From Camelus ferus (taxonomy: Eukaryota), in NCBI RefSeq assembly GCF_009834535.1, contig NC_045696.1:119910001-119974000 (forward strand): a stretch of 64,000 nucleotides of DNA, given 5' to 3'. Below, in pieces: positions 12,786 through 24,431 of this stretch. The notes under the pieces are model-generated. The model did no database searches and was not told the origin of the DNA. It saw only the letters and a program-made list of their open reading frames with translations. The first letter of the stretch is position 1, and each line of letters starts with the position of its first letter. A program made the position numbers and the translations under genes.

Positions 12786-14652
12786 CTAAAGGGCAATAAG
12801 AAAAAAGCATTTACCCACCAGATTACCTACAATGAAGGCTTCCAGAGCATTCTCACTAAAGAACTGAAATTTTTTATAACTCAGATAGACAGAAAATACA
12901 AACCACTCAGGCTTTTTTAAAAAGCTACTTCACTGTGGAAAACTTCTCACATGCCAAAGCAGAGAGAATAACACAATGAGCCCTGTGTACCATCACCCAG
13001 CCTCAGTAACTACCAGCTCCGGGACAATCTTGTTTCATCTATACCCTCACCTACTTTTCCTCCCATCCCCACTGAGTTATTTTGAAGGGGAAAAAAAAAG
13101 CTAGAATTTATACCCCATTTTATTAAGCGAAGATATTCCCTTCCCCCAAGTGACAGATGAACATTAACACCTTATTATTCATAATGAGGTGTTTTATTAA
13201 GGTTATTATAAGGATCAAAAGCAACAGGGCACATTTTAAAAAATCCCATGATTGTAAAATCCACAGTGAAATATAAAAAGCCGTGGCATCCTGTAAGCTG
13301 ATTTCATTTCCCACAGGAACTCTCAGAGTTAGGATATGCCACACTCAACTTCCACAGCTTTAACCAAGATACTCCCGCAGATGTTTGGAGCAGGTGCCTG
13401 AACTCTATTTCCAAAGATGAATCCTGCCCACATTTCTAAACTGCTAAAGCACAACACAAACAGCTGTCTTACACCACTGTAACACACACCTGCCTCAAAC
13501 TGCAGGCCAAGTGCTTCTCTGAAGGGTCTCACTGAAATCCCACACTGCCCTCCACGCTACTAAAACACTAGCCTAGTAAACCGCTCGGGAAATGACGCCC
13601 ATATCACGTTGCCAATGTCCTCCCTCTGAAAGGGCTGATCTGCTGTCAGTAGGAAGCACAGTAATGGCCTGGCCAAGTGACCACACAAACATAGACCTTC
13701 ATTATCTAACACGCCCTCTTCCAATGCGTTGAGTCACATCTGGGAGCCCCTTAGACAAAAACAAGTCTTAACCAGCACGAAGGCTACCAGGTTGGGAAAC
13801 CAGGAGCCTGGGAATCACAGAGGGATGCTCCAAAGGCCAAGTCTTTACCCGGGGCACAAAGTGGAAGCCCTCCCTTAACAGAGTCCTTCATCATGCAGAA
13901 AAAGGAAGTCCAGCATAAGGACTGTTCCCACATTCCTTATGCCTGCTCTCTTCTGCTTCCAAACAGAGATCCAGTTTCAACTTCCTCCTGGCTCACAAAC
14001 TCTAATTTTTTTCTTCACCCACGAGGAACTTGGTCCCCAGGAAGAGTCGGGGGGAGGTGACCTCAAGAGACATCAAAGTCACACAAAAAGTTGGCACGGA
14101 GAGGTGGAGGAGGAAGATTGATGAGGCGCAGGGAGGATGCAGATTCCCGGGCTGCGCAGGGGATGAAGCGGGGGTGAGGGAGGACAGAACCAAAACGGAC
14201 GAGTTAAGAAAAGTGATGAGAACAGGGAAGGGGAGAATGGAATAGGAGGGAGAGTGGAAGAAACTCCGGAGAAAACTGAGGAGTCCTTGGAGCGTGGAGA
14301 CCCCGGTGGGGAAGTAGAGGGGGCGGCTAGGGAGAAGGACTGGAGTCTGATGACGGGGTCACAGCCTCGCGGGAAGAAAAAGGGGAGTTCGGCGCGCGGG
14401 AGGGCATGGCGGGGCATGAACAGAGAAAGGGGCGGCTGATCTTCGGGAGAAGCATGTGGGACCACGAGGCACAGGAACAGTAGGGAGGGACGAAGGGTCA
14501 GGTCTAGGAGGAGTGAGATGAGAAAAACAAAAGGAAAAGACGAGACGTCCCGGCGGATATGGGGTGGGAGGAGGGAGCTGACGCTGGCGGGGCCCCCTGG
14601 ACCTTGGGGGAGCCGAGGTCGGCCGGAGACGGCAGCGGGGCCGTGGACTCAC

Positions 14653-14755
14653 AGCGGATGGTGTGGAAGGAGGCCCGCGGCCGCTTCTCGAAGCTCTCCC
14701 CGAGCCGCAGGCAGTGCTCCTCGCGGTCCAGCAGCGGGTTGGCCGTCCCGTTCAT
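14653..14755 (-). CDS. EAF1: EAF1 coding exon 1
   Basis: gccATG at 14755; [40 protein letters not shown] donor at 14652; 103 nt. Confidence 0.98.
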
Positions 14756-15004
14756 GGCCGCGCACGGGCCTCGCGCCCGTAGCGGCGCTCTCCTGGCGCG
14801 TCCGCGGCCGGAGCCGCCGGCGCCGGCGTCCGGGCTGGCCGCGCTCCCGGGACCCCGCTCCGGGACGCGCGGGGAGCCGCGCCGGCGCCCACCAGAGGCC
14901 GGAAGCAAGTCTTCGCCTCGGCGTCGGGGCGGGGGAAGACTCTGAGGAAGCAGGACCGCTGGATTTCCGGCGTCGGGGAGGGACTTCCGGGCCCACGGCG
15001 GAAG

Positions 15005-15067
15005 TGGCGGGGGCGGTGCCATGGACAAAGGACTCCGCCTGGGGAAGTGGGGCTGGAGGTACTGCAG
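15005..15067 (+). other. METTL6: Probable METTL6 5' UTR exon 1 (start approximate)
   Basis: CAG|GTGGGT donor at 15067/15068 just downstream of the promoter core; the coding ATG lies ~1 kb away outside the island. TSS cannot be fixed from sequence. Confidence 0.45.
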
Positions 15068-16042
15068 GTGGGTTTGTCCAGTCGACGGGATTTGCGGCGG
15101 TGGCTCCCTAATTCTGCTTCCGAGACTGGGCCTGGCTGAGGGCTCAGTGCGCCCGGCCGTTCGCGTCCAGGGGAACCTAGGAACTGATGACGGGGGCCCA
15201 GCGCGCGGCGGACTGGTTTAGCGCGGGCCCGAGAGCCTGTGTAGCCGGCTCCCCGCGGGCCCTCGCGGCCCGGCCGCCTGGTTCATCTCGAGTCGCGGGG
15301 CCCTGCGCCGCGCGTCACTGGGGCTCTTCCTCCCGTTCGCGCGGCCGTGGCGGTGCGAGGGCCTCGGTCCCTGGGAAGCGACGCTCCCTCGTCGTGAGAA
15401 TCAGAGGCTCAGGCCACTCGGGCTTGGCTCCATTTCCCCCCGAAAACCACTGAGTCTCCGATCCTTGGGAAACGATGACCCTGCGTTGGTCTGTTGATTG
15501 ACCACTCGCCTCTGGGTCGGGCAGCTGTTGTGGTTGTTTTTAGGTCACCTCTTTCACGGGCACTGAAAACTCCCCAAGGTTTCTCAGTTACTTCTTGGGA
15601 GGGCCCTTTTTCTAAACTGGTTTCCTATAATAGTTGACGTATTAGGGTTTGAATTAGAGTTCTGTGCGGGAGAGCCCCGGCTGCCGAGTGTCAGCCCTCT
15701 GAAGGCAGGGACTGTGTCTTGGGCTTTGTGACCTATTTGCCACAGCGGTGCAGGGTTTCGTGTAGAGTAGGTATCTAGTAAAAGTTAAGTAAATTGAACT
15801 ATTTGGTGAGAGCACTGTTCCCGAATCACTAACCCAGCATCTTAAAAACTGTCGTAGAGCCTCCAACCAGAATCTCATTCTTTTTCCGCGAAGCACCCGA
15901 TTCTGCCTGAGGCTTGAATCCCACCCAAGGGACCACATCTGAGAAAACCCAGCCTGTGTCTGCAGCATCACCTTGAGTTCCTCGGATGATTCAGGAATGG
16001 AGAATCGTCAGCAGTGTTAAATATACACCATCAACTTAGGAG

Positions 16043-16267
16043 ATGTCATCTTTGCAAAGGAAAGGGCTGCAGGCAAGGAGTCTCAGCTCTGAGGAAGAGG
16101 AGAAACTGAAGCGGGACCAAGTTTTAGTGTCTGATTTTAAGCAGCAAAAGCTGGAAAAAGAGGCTCAGAGGAACTGGGACCTTTTTTACAAAAGAAATAG
16201 CACTAATTTCTTCAAAGACAGACACTGGACCACCAGAGAGTTTGAGGAGCTCAGGTCATGTAGAGAG
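16043..16267 (+). CDS. METTL6: METTL6 (tRNA-Ser m3C32 methyltransferase) first coding exon
   Basis: MSSLQRKGLQAR...NWDLFYKRNSTNFFKDRHWTTREFEELRSCRE with the FFKDRHW family motif; GT donor at 16268; 225 nt. Confidence 0.98.
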
Positions 16268-16994
16268 GTAAACTTATATCACACCTCATTTGAGCTGTTC
16301 TTCTTTTAAGTGGATAAAAGAGGGCTGTTGTATTGCATCCCCGGGGGAGTGTAAGGGAGAGAATTTATGAAGCCTGTCAAAATGTTTTGTACCTTAGAAA
16401 TACACTGTTTGGTCTCAACTAGTTTTAGCAGTTCCTGGGTTGTATAATACACAGGAGAGGGAACTTTAGTGGGCATTTTCTGTTTCTTTAAAGCTAATCT
16501 GAACGTTGTAAATATTAAATTCATACTGGATGATTTCAGTGACCGATTCATAATAATGAGGGTGGTGATGAGCACTATGCCACGCCCCTTTTCTAGAACT
16601 TTTCCTGTGTTCTGTAATTTAAGCCTTATAATAACACCGTCAAGTTTGGCATTAGTGTTATCCTCACTCGCTGGTGAATGGAGGCACTAAGCTGTTTAAG
16701 TGATTTGTCCAATGACAGAACATGGGCGAGGGGAGAAGTCTGGATTTGAGTGCAAGGGATTTAACCCCAGACAGAGCCTGTTCTGTTAACCAGTATGCTG
16801 TATCTTCTCCATACCAGACTGCCAGTGTTGGACAACAAATGACGTGTCAGTATTAGCTTCTGGTTATCTGTTTACTTGTTCATTGTCTGCTTCATAGGCG
16901 CAGAGACCTTGTCTCACGTTCTGGACCTTCTGGTTTGTTTTTTCTTTCATTACGCAGATGTAGTGTACTGTAACTTTGGTGTCTCTTTCCTCAG

Positions 16995-17129
16995 TATGAA
17001 GATCAAAAATTGATTATGCTTGAAGCTGGCTGTGGGGTTGGAAACTGTTTATTCCCGCTTTTAGAAGAGGATCGGAATATCTTTGCCTATGCCTGTGATT
17101 TTTCTCCACGAGCAGTTGAATATGTCAAG
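16995..17129 (+). CDS. METTL6: METTL6 coding exon 2 (SAM-binding motif I)
   Basis: YEDQKLIMLEAGCGVGNCLFPLLEEDRNIFAYACDFSPRAVEYVK; AG at 16993-16994, GT at 17130; 135 nt. Confidence 0.98.
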
Positions 17130-19016
17130 GTTGGTGCACCGTCTATGTATTGTGTTATGTTTCTGTTTTCTTAGACTTGCTTCATCTGCCTTCTATACCC
17201 ATTTGCCCAATTCCAGTCCTCTCCCTGAAGCTAACCAGCTATGATCAGTGCGAATGTTGTTTCCTGTTTACACGCATATATAATACTTACAGAGACAGCA
17301 TTATCCAGAAAAGTAGGAAGAAATACTGTAACAACATACTTATATCCACATTCAATGATTGCCAGCATTTTTACCACATTTGCTTTATAGACTTTTTTTT
17401 TGCTGAACTGTTTTAAAGTAAGTAACAAACATTGAGACACTTCACTGCTAAATATGTCTGCATACATCTTCAAAAAAATGAGGACTTTTTCTACATGACC
17501 ACAATATATTCATCTTATCTGACAAAAATAACTGTAAGTCCCTATATCAGTAACTCCCAGTCGAGGTTCAGAGGGCCCCCCGTAGTCTCAGGTGTCTTTT
17601 ATAGCTGTATTTAATGAAGGACTACATCTTACACTTCATTATGTGCCTTCAATCTCCTGAGCCTAAAACGTGCCTGCCCCCCCGCCTCAACCTTTTCCCC
17701 ACCGACATGAAGTTTTTGGAGAGCAAGCCGTCTACTGTAATAAGGTCTCACATTTCACTTTGGTGTGGCTGGTTCTTTTTATCATTGTTTAGCTTGTTCC
17801 TTTAGCCCCTGTGTTTCTTCTAAACTAGAAATTAGAGTTAAATCAGGAAAATGTATTTGTCAAAAACACTTTAATAGGTGACATCAGACCTTTCACACTG
17901 CATCCTGTTGGGAGGCAGTAATGGAATCTCACTGTAAGTGATGCTAGTTTTGCTCACCGGGTGAAGGTGGTAACTACCTAAGTCCCCTGTTGTACAGGTA
18001 TTTTCTTTTTGCCGTTAACAAGTGTGGGAGATACTTTGGCAACATGCAAGTATCTAGTTTTCCGTCAACCTTCCACAGTTTTAGCATCCATTAGGCTTTT
18101 TAAATAGTGCTAGCATATTGTACTATAACTTGCTTTCTTCACTCTACATTATATTTTGTTGAGGTTTTCATCCTAGGACATAATAGATTTAACTGCATTT
18201 TATTTACCTGTTACAGTATTCCATAGCCTGGATATACCATACTTTAACAATTGCCTTGTTTATAATTATTTAAGTTGTTTCTAATTTTTTGCTCTTACAA
18301 GTAAGGTTACTTTAATCAGCATAATACACATACCTCAAAACACATGTTTATACATCTCTGTGGTGAATAATGGAAGAAGTAAAATTCCTTGGAGAAAGCA
18401 TACATATTTAAATTTTAATGCCATGCTTTCCAACCAGAAAATTATACCAATTTATAATTTCACCAATAGCATAAAGATATTTTTTCCTCTCTGCCCTCAG
18501 TATTTGCTATCAGTTTTCTTTATATCTTCCAACCTTATGGACAAATAATAGTGCCTCCATATTTTAAATTGTTTATTCCTTACAACCAGTGAGGGACTTT
18601 GTAATATGTAAATAAGCCATTAGTTTTTCTTCCTGTTGGTGAGTTCCTTTATTCCACATATATTTGTCAAGAACCTAGTATGTGCTGGTCACAGTTCTAA
18701 GCACTGGGATTAAGTAGTAAACAGACAAGAACCCCACTCACATGGCACTGGGAGTGAATTGTCTGTTCACACCTTTGCCCATTTGTGATTTTATTTCTTA
18801 TTTTTAGGATATATTCTGGATATTCTGTTACATTCGTTGCAAACATTTCTTCCAGTTTATTCAGCTTGTTTTATGGTATTGTTTTACGACAGGATTTAAG
18901 TGATCATGTCGAATGTATTAATCTCTTCCTTTTGAGGTGCTAAGATTTTCTGTCTCGCTTAGGAGTTCTGTAATCACGTAGATTTTTTTTTTTTACAATT
19001 TTGGTATTAAGGTTTT

Positions 19017-19133
19017 CCTGTGGCGTAAAAACGTCTTTTAATTGAAGTATATAGTAGGTTACAATGTTGCATCAATTTCTAGTGTACAGCACATTATATC
19101 AGTCGTACATACACATACATATATTTGTTTTCA
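19017..19133 (-). mobile_element. 5'-truncated young L1 3' end with TSD
   Basis: attgaagtata...ttacaatgttgcatcaatttctagtgtacagca, the same 3' end as the L1 at 51332; TSD tattaaggtttt at 19005-19016 and 19134-19145. Confidence 0.75.
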
Positions 19134-19536
19134 TATTAAGGTTTTTAATTAATCTGGAAAAAGTCTGGCCGTTATTTCTTTAAGTATTTCTTCAGCTCGT
19201 TTTCTCCTCTGCTTCTGGGATTCCAATTACACGTATGTTGTACCATTTGCTATTGTCCCACAGCTCTTGGATGTGTCTTTGTTCGTTTTTTTGTTTTTAA
19301 CTTTTTTTCCTTTTGTATTTTCAATTTGTGTAATTTCTGTTGTCCTGTCAAGTTCACTGATTCCTTTTTGGACAGGAGGCATTCCTGTTGATGAGCTGTC
19401 AAAAGCATTCTTTGTTTCTGTTACTATTGGTTTTTAGCATTTCCAGTTGATTTTTTTTTTTTTTGGTAATTTCAATTTCTCTGTGAAATTACCTATCTGA
19501 TCTTGCATATTGTCTGCTTTTTTCATTGGAGCCTTT

Positions 19537-19600
19537 AATACATTAATCATAGCTATTTAAAATGTCCAAATACATTAATCATAGTTATTTAAAATGTCTA
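19537..19600. repeat. 32-bp tandem duplication (2 copies, 2 mismatches)
   Basis: aatacattaatcatag(c/t)tatttaaaatgtc(c/t)a x2. Confidence 0.9.
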
Positions 19601-21128
19601 AATCTTTAGTTCCAATATCTGTGTCTTACTTGAATCTGGTTCTCATACTTGCTTTGTCTCTTCAGGCCATGTTTTTCCTGCTTTTTTATGCTTTGCGCCT
19701 TTTTGTTGAGAGCTGGGTATGTTATATAGGGCCGTGGATACCGAGGTAATAAGGATCTGTAATAATCTAGACAGGAGTTGGGCTGTATTTGAAGACTGTC
19801 ATTGCTGTAGTTACCTGTGAGGTTTGTTGTTGCCACGGGCACCAGAGACTTCAGACTCCTCTGGTGACTGGTTTTTGTCTCTCCTCTTGGCTCTGGGTCT
19901 TCCCTTTGTGCAGGTCCCCATAGAAGATCTGTCTCTTGCAGCTTTCCCAGTAACCACCTGTTATCACTGGAGGCCAGTCGGTAGGGTGTGGGTAAAGGGA
20001 TCATTCTCTCATGATCTGAGTCTTAGTTTTTGAACTGCATCGTGGGCCTGTGTCATAGGGGTATGGCCCTCACAAGTGTTTCTACTTCTCCTGGAATAGA
20101 GCTTCTCTCTCCCGTCCCTCCTCCAGCTGTGGGCCATATCCACCTGTATCATCCTCTGGCCTTGAGGCCGTTCCCTCCACAGAGTGAGCCCAGGTCTGAG
20201 CAGAGTGGTTCCCTCTCCCAGGGGAGTGGTATTCCACCAGTGCCCTAAGGCTGCAGGCCTCTGATGACTTTTTCCCTGCAGATCAGGCCTTTTCTCCCTT
20301 AAAGGAGATGAGAAAGTCCAGCATCAGAAAGAGCACCATTCTCTCTGCGAGAGCCTGGTGATGTTCTGGCGGTAACACCTCCGAAGGGTGGGAACATCCT
20401 GATGGCTTCAGCCCTGGGCACTTCACAGCAGCCTCGCTCAGTGTCCAGCTGTTTGTCAACTTTTTAGTTTTCTCTCTCCAGTCTGGAAGTTTCTGCCTCA
20501 GGTAAGCAAATGCTTTCCTCCATCTCCCGAAGGCCCCTGTCCCTCTCCAGATTTGGGGACAGCTGGTTGTTCTTTGACCTCTGTTCTTTTGTGGGTTCAC
20601 ATAAACGTTGCTGTTTGTCCAGCTTCCTTTCTGTAAGGATGGGGGCCACATCCTTCCAGCCCTCCGCATCTCTGTGCTAGAACTGGAGGTCCTTCCATCC
20701 CTCTGGGCGCCACTTGTCCTCTGACTCCAGCAGGTGGAGCTAGTTGTCTCAACAGTGAATGGATAAGAAATTCAGTTTCCATTCCTGACATCACCTTTAT
20801 TATCCACCTTTATAAAAAATCTAATGTCATTTTTGTCGTCTGTCTTCTGTCATGTACACTACTCATTCCTCTATACCCATGGGTCTGTGTGGGGACTGTT
20901 TTGTCTCAGTGATCAATCTGTCCCCACCCTCAAACCATGCTGTTTTAGTGCTACATTTTGTGATATGTCTTGATGTTCAGTAGTGTACCTCCTCCTCCAT
21001 TCTTCATTTAAAAATTGACTTGGCTATTCCTAAAGATTTTCACTTTCAGATGAATAAAATTCACCTTGTCAAAGTTCCTAGAAATCTGTTGGGATTCAGT
21101 AGAGGTTGCATTGGATTTAGAAGTGGAG

Positions 21129-21196
21129 GTATATTATGCTGTACACCAGAAACTGACATGTTATAACTGACTATAGTTAAAAAATAAAATATAACG
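21129..21196 (+). mobile_element. Minimal L1 3'-end insertion with TSD
   Basis: tatgctgtacaccagaaactgaca...ataactgactata plus A-rich tail; TSD gaagtggag at 21120-21128 and 21197-21205. Confidence 0.7.
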
Positions 21197-21819
21197 GAAG
21201 TGGAGTCATAGGTAGAATTGATTCCATATTGAACCTTCCCATCTCATAACTTTTTATGTATATTTATTAAGGTCTTCATTTACATTAAAGAAAAGTTTAA
21301 TGTTTTTCTTCATAATGCTCTTATACATGTGTTGAAATCCACCAACCAAAATTTACACACTTTTACTAAAAAAAAAGAGTTAGGTTTATTTAGCTTGCTG
21401 CGTCAAGGGAAAATCTACCCAGAAGAACTGTGGGAGCATCTCAGTGAAGGGAGTTGGAAGGACTTCTCATGGGATTTAGGATTGTAGTGGGTGATTCAAA
21501 GGAGGGATAAGGAAGCAGAGGCAGGTTTTGGATTATCATCCCTCTGGAAATACATGCTTCTAAAACGCTTGGTTTTGAGTTTATGATAGACCGTGTACTC
21601 AGTTGGAAGTGATTTGTGAAAATGAAGTCTTGCCCTTGTGGCACCGTTGAATGTTACACGCTTCATCGTGCACATGGTTCACTGCTCAGTTGTACCCAGT
21701 AACCGTCAGTTACTGTGTAGCAGCACAAGTGGGAATAGCATCTCTTTTTGATGCCTTTTTTCCCCTCAATGTATCAACACGGATGTTGCATTGAAATTAC
21801 TCTGTTTTTTCCCCTCTAG

Positions 21820-21990
21820 CAAAATCCTTTATACGACACAGACAGATGCAAGGTATTCCAGTGTGATCTAACTAGAGATGACCTTCTGGAGCACGTGCCC
21901 CCAGAGTCCGTGGACGTTGTCATGTTGATATTTGTGCTCTCTGCGGTTCACCCTGATAAGATGCACCTAGTCTTACAGAACATTTACAAG
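21820..21990 (+). CDS. METTL6: METTL6 coding exon 3
   Basis: QNPLYDTDRCKVFQCDLTRDDLLEHVPPESVDVVMLIFVLSAVHPDKMHLVLQNIYK; AG at 21818-21819, GT at 21991; 171 nt. Confidence 0.98.
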
Positions 21991-22269
21991 GTCGGTGATG
22001 GGGAGCCTGGGCTGGAGAGTCAGACATCCTGATCTTTCCCCCTCCCCCCCTTCTGAGGCTCAGAGTCTCCCCACTGAGGTGGGCTGTGTGTCAGTATATG
22101 GAAAGAGGTTCTACACAAAACATCCACCCTGAATCTGATTTGCCTGATGGCCACCGCTGCCCTTCAGAGCTTGGCCAGTCTCAGAGCAGGGACGGTTTTG
22201 CAGCTTCCTGGGCTCTTGGAGTCCTGCCATAAAGTGAGAGGCTGAGGTCCCGTGGACAAGAGCTCACAG

Positions 22270-22460
22270 CTGGAGGCAGAGCCCTAGAGTCAAAATGTGG
22301 CTTCCCGACATAGGCGAGTTCCTTTACCTCCCCAAGCCTCCGTTTCATTACCTGTAGAACGTTCAGATAATAGTGCCTAGATCTTAGGATTTGGAGGAGA
22401 TTATATGAGATCTGTACTAAGTACTTAGCACCATGCCTGGAATGTGGTAAGTGCTCTTTC
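22270..22460 (+). mobile_element. MIR SINE
   Basis: cctttacctccccaagcctccgtttcattacctgtagaa...taagtacttagcaccatgcctggaatgtggtaagtgctc is the MIR core and tail. Confidence 0.7.
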
Positions 22461-22475
22461 AAAGTCAGCCATTGT

Positions 22476-22552
22476 GGGGAGGGCGTAGCTCATGGGTGGA
22501 GTGTGTGCTTAGCAGGCACCGGGTCCTGGGTTCAGCCCCCAGTCCCTCCATG
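22476..22552 (+). mobile_element. Tailless tRNA-Ala-like SINE head (77 bp)
   Basis: ggggagggcgtagctca...gcttAGCag...gggttcagccccc...cctcca; perfect 15-bp TSD aaagtcagccattgt at 22461-22475 and 22553-22567. Confidence 0.88.
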
Positions 22553-23370
22553 AAAGTCAGCCATTGTTCCTGCCGTCATTGTTATTAGGAGGGGGAGAAC
22601 CCAAACTGCTGGGGCCGCCGGGAGGCTGCCACCACACTCAGGAAGTAAAGTGTCACTCCTAAGTCACGTGACCCAGGGCAGGCCCCTCATCATCCTTCCT
22701 GGGCCTCAGCTTTCTTGTCTGTTAAAGGGGGATGCCTCTCATGGAGTTATCATGAGAGGCAGGTGAGATCCCACATGAGGTTTTTTGTCCACTGTAATAG
22801 TGCTCTCTGATATATAGTTGGTAACAGTGTTTATTGTTTTAAGATCAACCAAATCAAGAAATGATTTTAAAAGAATAGCATGTTCGCACTGTAAACAGTT
22901 TACTATAACTTTAAAAATGTTGGTGCCCACTTAACTGTTCTTTTAGGGCAGAGTCAAGTCTTTTGCTCTGAGTATGGGGCCGTTTGTCTTTCCTACGTGG
23001 GCCACACATACAATAGAGTTTTCGTTTCTCTAAAAGTAGAACGAGAACTTAAAAGCAATTGGTAAGTAATATGAGGGAAGATTCTTTTATATGTTAACCC
23101 AGACTTCCACAGTCGACCCTCCCACGCCTGATTAAACAGCAGTTTGTTCAGTGCGCAGTCACGCCCTCGCAGTGGGGGACGTGCTGAGTCTTACCGTGCC
23201 TTTGAGTAGCAGCCCTTTGCCCTTTGTATTACGGGTATGTTGGTCCGGCCCCTTTCCTGACCGTCACAAATGCATGTTATCTTAGTCCCTAGACTAATCA
23301 GATTTTATTTTACAGCAGGCCTTGTTTGACTGGGCCCCCAGAGTTATGTGCAGTCCGTTGTGTTTCGTAG

Positions 23371-23512
23371 GTGTTAAAGCCAGGCAAAAGCGTCTTGTTT
23401 CGCGACTATGGGCTCTATGATCATGCCATGCTTAGGTTTAAAGCCGGCAGCAAACTTGCAGAAAACTTCTATGTTAGACAGGATGGAACCAGATCGTATT
23501 TCTTCACTGATG
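23371..23512 (+). CDS. METTL6: METTL6 coding exon 4
   Basis: [49 protein letters not shown] at 23369-23370, GTAAG donor at 23513; 142 nt. Confidence 0.98.
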
Positions 23513-23963
23513 GTAAGCCTGAGGGGATCTGTCTTTATTCCTGTTTACTTGATTGTATTATCACTGTGGCACCGGGTGGGGTGGGAGCAGCTCTACTCCA
23601 CACACAGGCCACTTACCCAGCGCCAGCTGTCAGCTCACAAGCCTCCTCTGGTGACAGCGTCTAGTGACTGAGCTGAGTTCGTGGATAGGCTTGGACACGC
23701 CATGTGGACCACCTGCCAGGAGCTATGCTGAGGGGCAGAGGGCAAACCAGGCTCTTCAGTAAAGCAGGTAGGGCCGTACAGTGCCATGAGGTTAGGCACA
23801 AAGGCAAGAAATCTTTTTCTGTAAAAATGATTGACTCTTTTTAACTACACAAACTTGATATAGAGGGGTCTTTAAAGGATCATTTTTGATCGGAAAACCG
23901 TCCAAACACCGAACATTATTTTATTTTAGGTATTTTGAACAATAATTTTAAGCCTGTTTAATA

Positions 23964-24431
23964 CAGGCAGACATCATTTTATTACACTTTGCAGATAATT
24001 GTGTTTTTCTCCAGTTGGAGGTTTGTGGCAACCCTGTGCCGAGCAGGTCTGTTGGCACCATTTTTCCAACAGCATTTGTTCATTTCATATCTCTGTCACA
24101 TTTTGGTAATTCTCACAATATTTCAAACTATTTCATTATTATTGTATTTGCTATGGTTACCTGTGATGAGTGATCTTTGATGTTACTTTTGCGAAAAGAT
24201 TTTGACTTGTTTTAGGCTCGTGATGGTTCGCAATAAAGTATTTTTTAATTCAGGTATGTACATTGTCTGTTTAGACATAGTGTTATTGCACACTTAATAA
24301 ACTACAGTATAGTATAAGCACGACTTTCACCCACACTGAGGACCAGAACATCCACGTGACTGCTTTATTGTCGTGTCTGCCCTTGTTGCAGTGGTCTGGA
24401 CCAAACTCACAGTACCTCAGGGGGGCGCCTG
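23964..24431 (+). mobile_element. Internally deleted Tigger1-type (TcMar) DNA transposon
   Basis: Starts TA|caggca with ggaggtttgtggcaaccctg...ccatttttccaacagc; ends gcagtggtctgga...gcctg. Both Tigger1 ends are present. Confidence 0.8.

Larger units (their letters stand above)
14290..15520. promoter_or_regulatory. CpG island / bidirectional EAF1-METTL6 promoter
   Basis: Very high GC and CpG density between divergent genes; ETS-type CGGAA sites at 14899, 14963, 14983 and 14998; GC box at 15009-15016. Confidence 0.9.
17270..21330 (-). mobile_element. Mosaic of old L1M (L1MC/ME-like) fragments in a METTL6 intron
   Basis: T-rich degenerate antisense L1-like text such as ttctgggattccaattacacgtatgtt and gaaatctgttgggattc...ttgcattggattt. 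Boundaries and subfamilies approximate. Confidence 0.55.

Noticed and set aside
14359..15453. Overlapping ORFs on both strands in the EAF1/METTL6 island, including an in-frame N-terminal extension of EAF1 (ORF 14504-15028)
   Set aside because: Expected in a CpG island. The conserved EAF1 start is gccATG at 14755, and the upstream start probably lies at or beyond the TSS.
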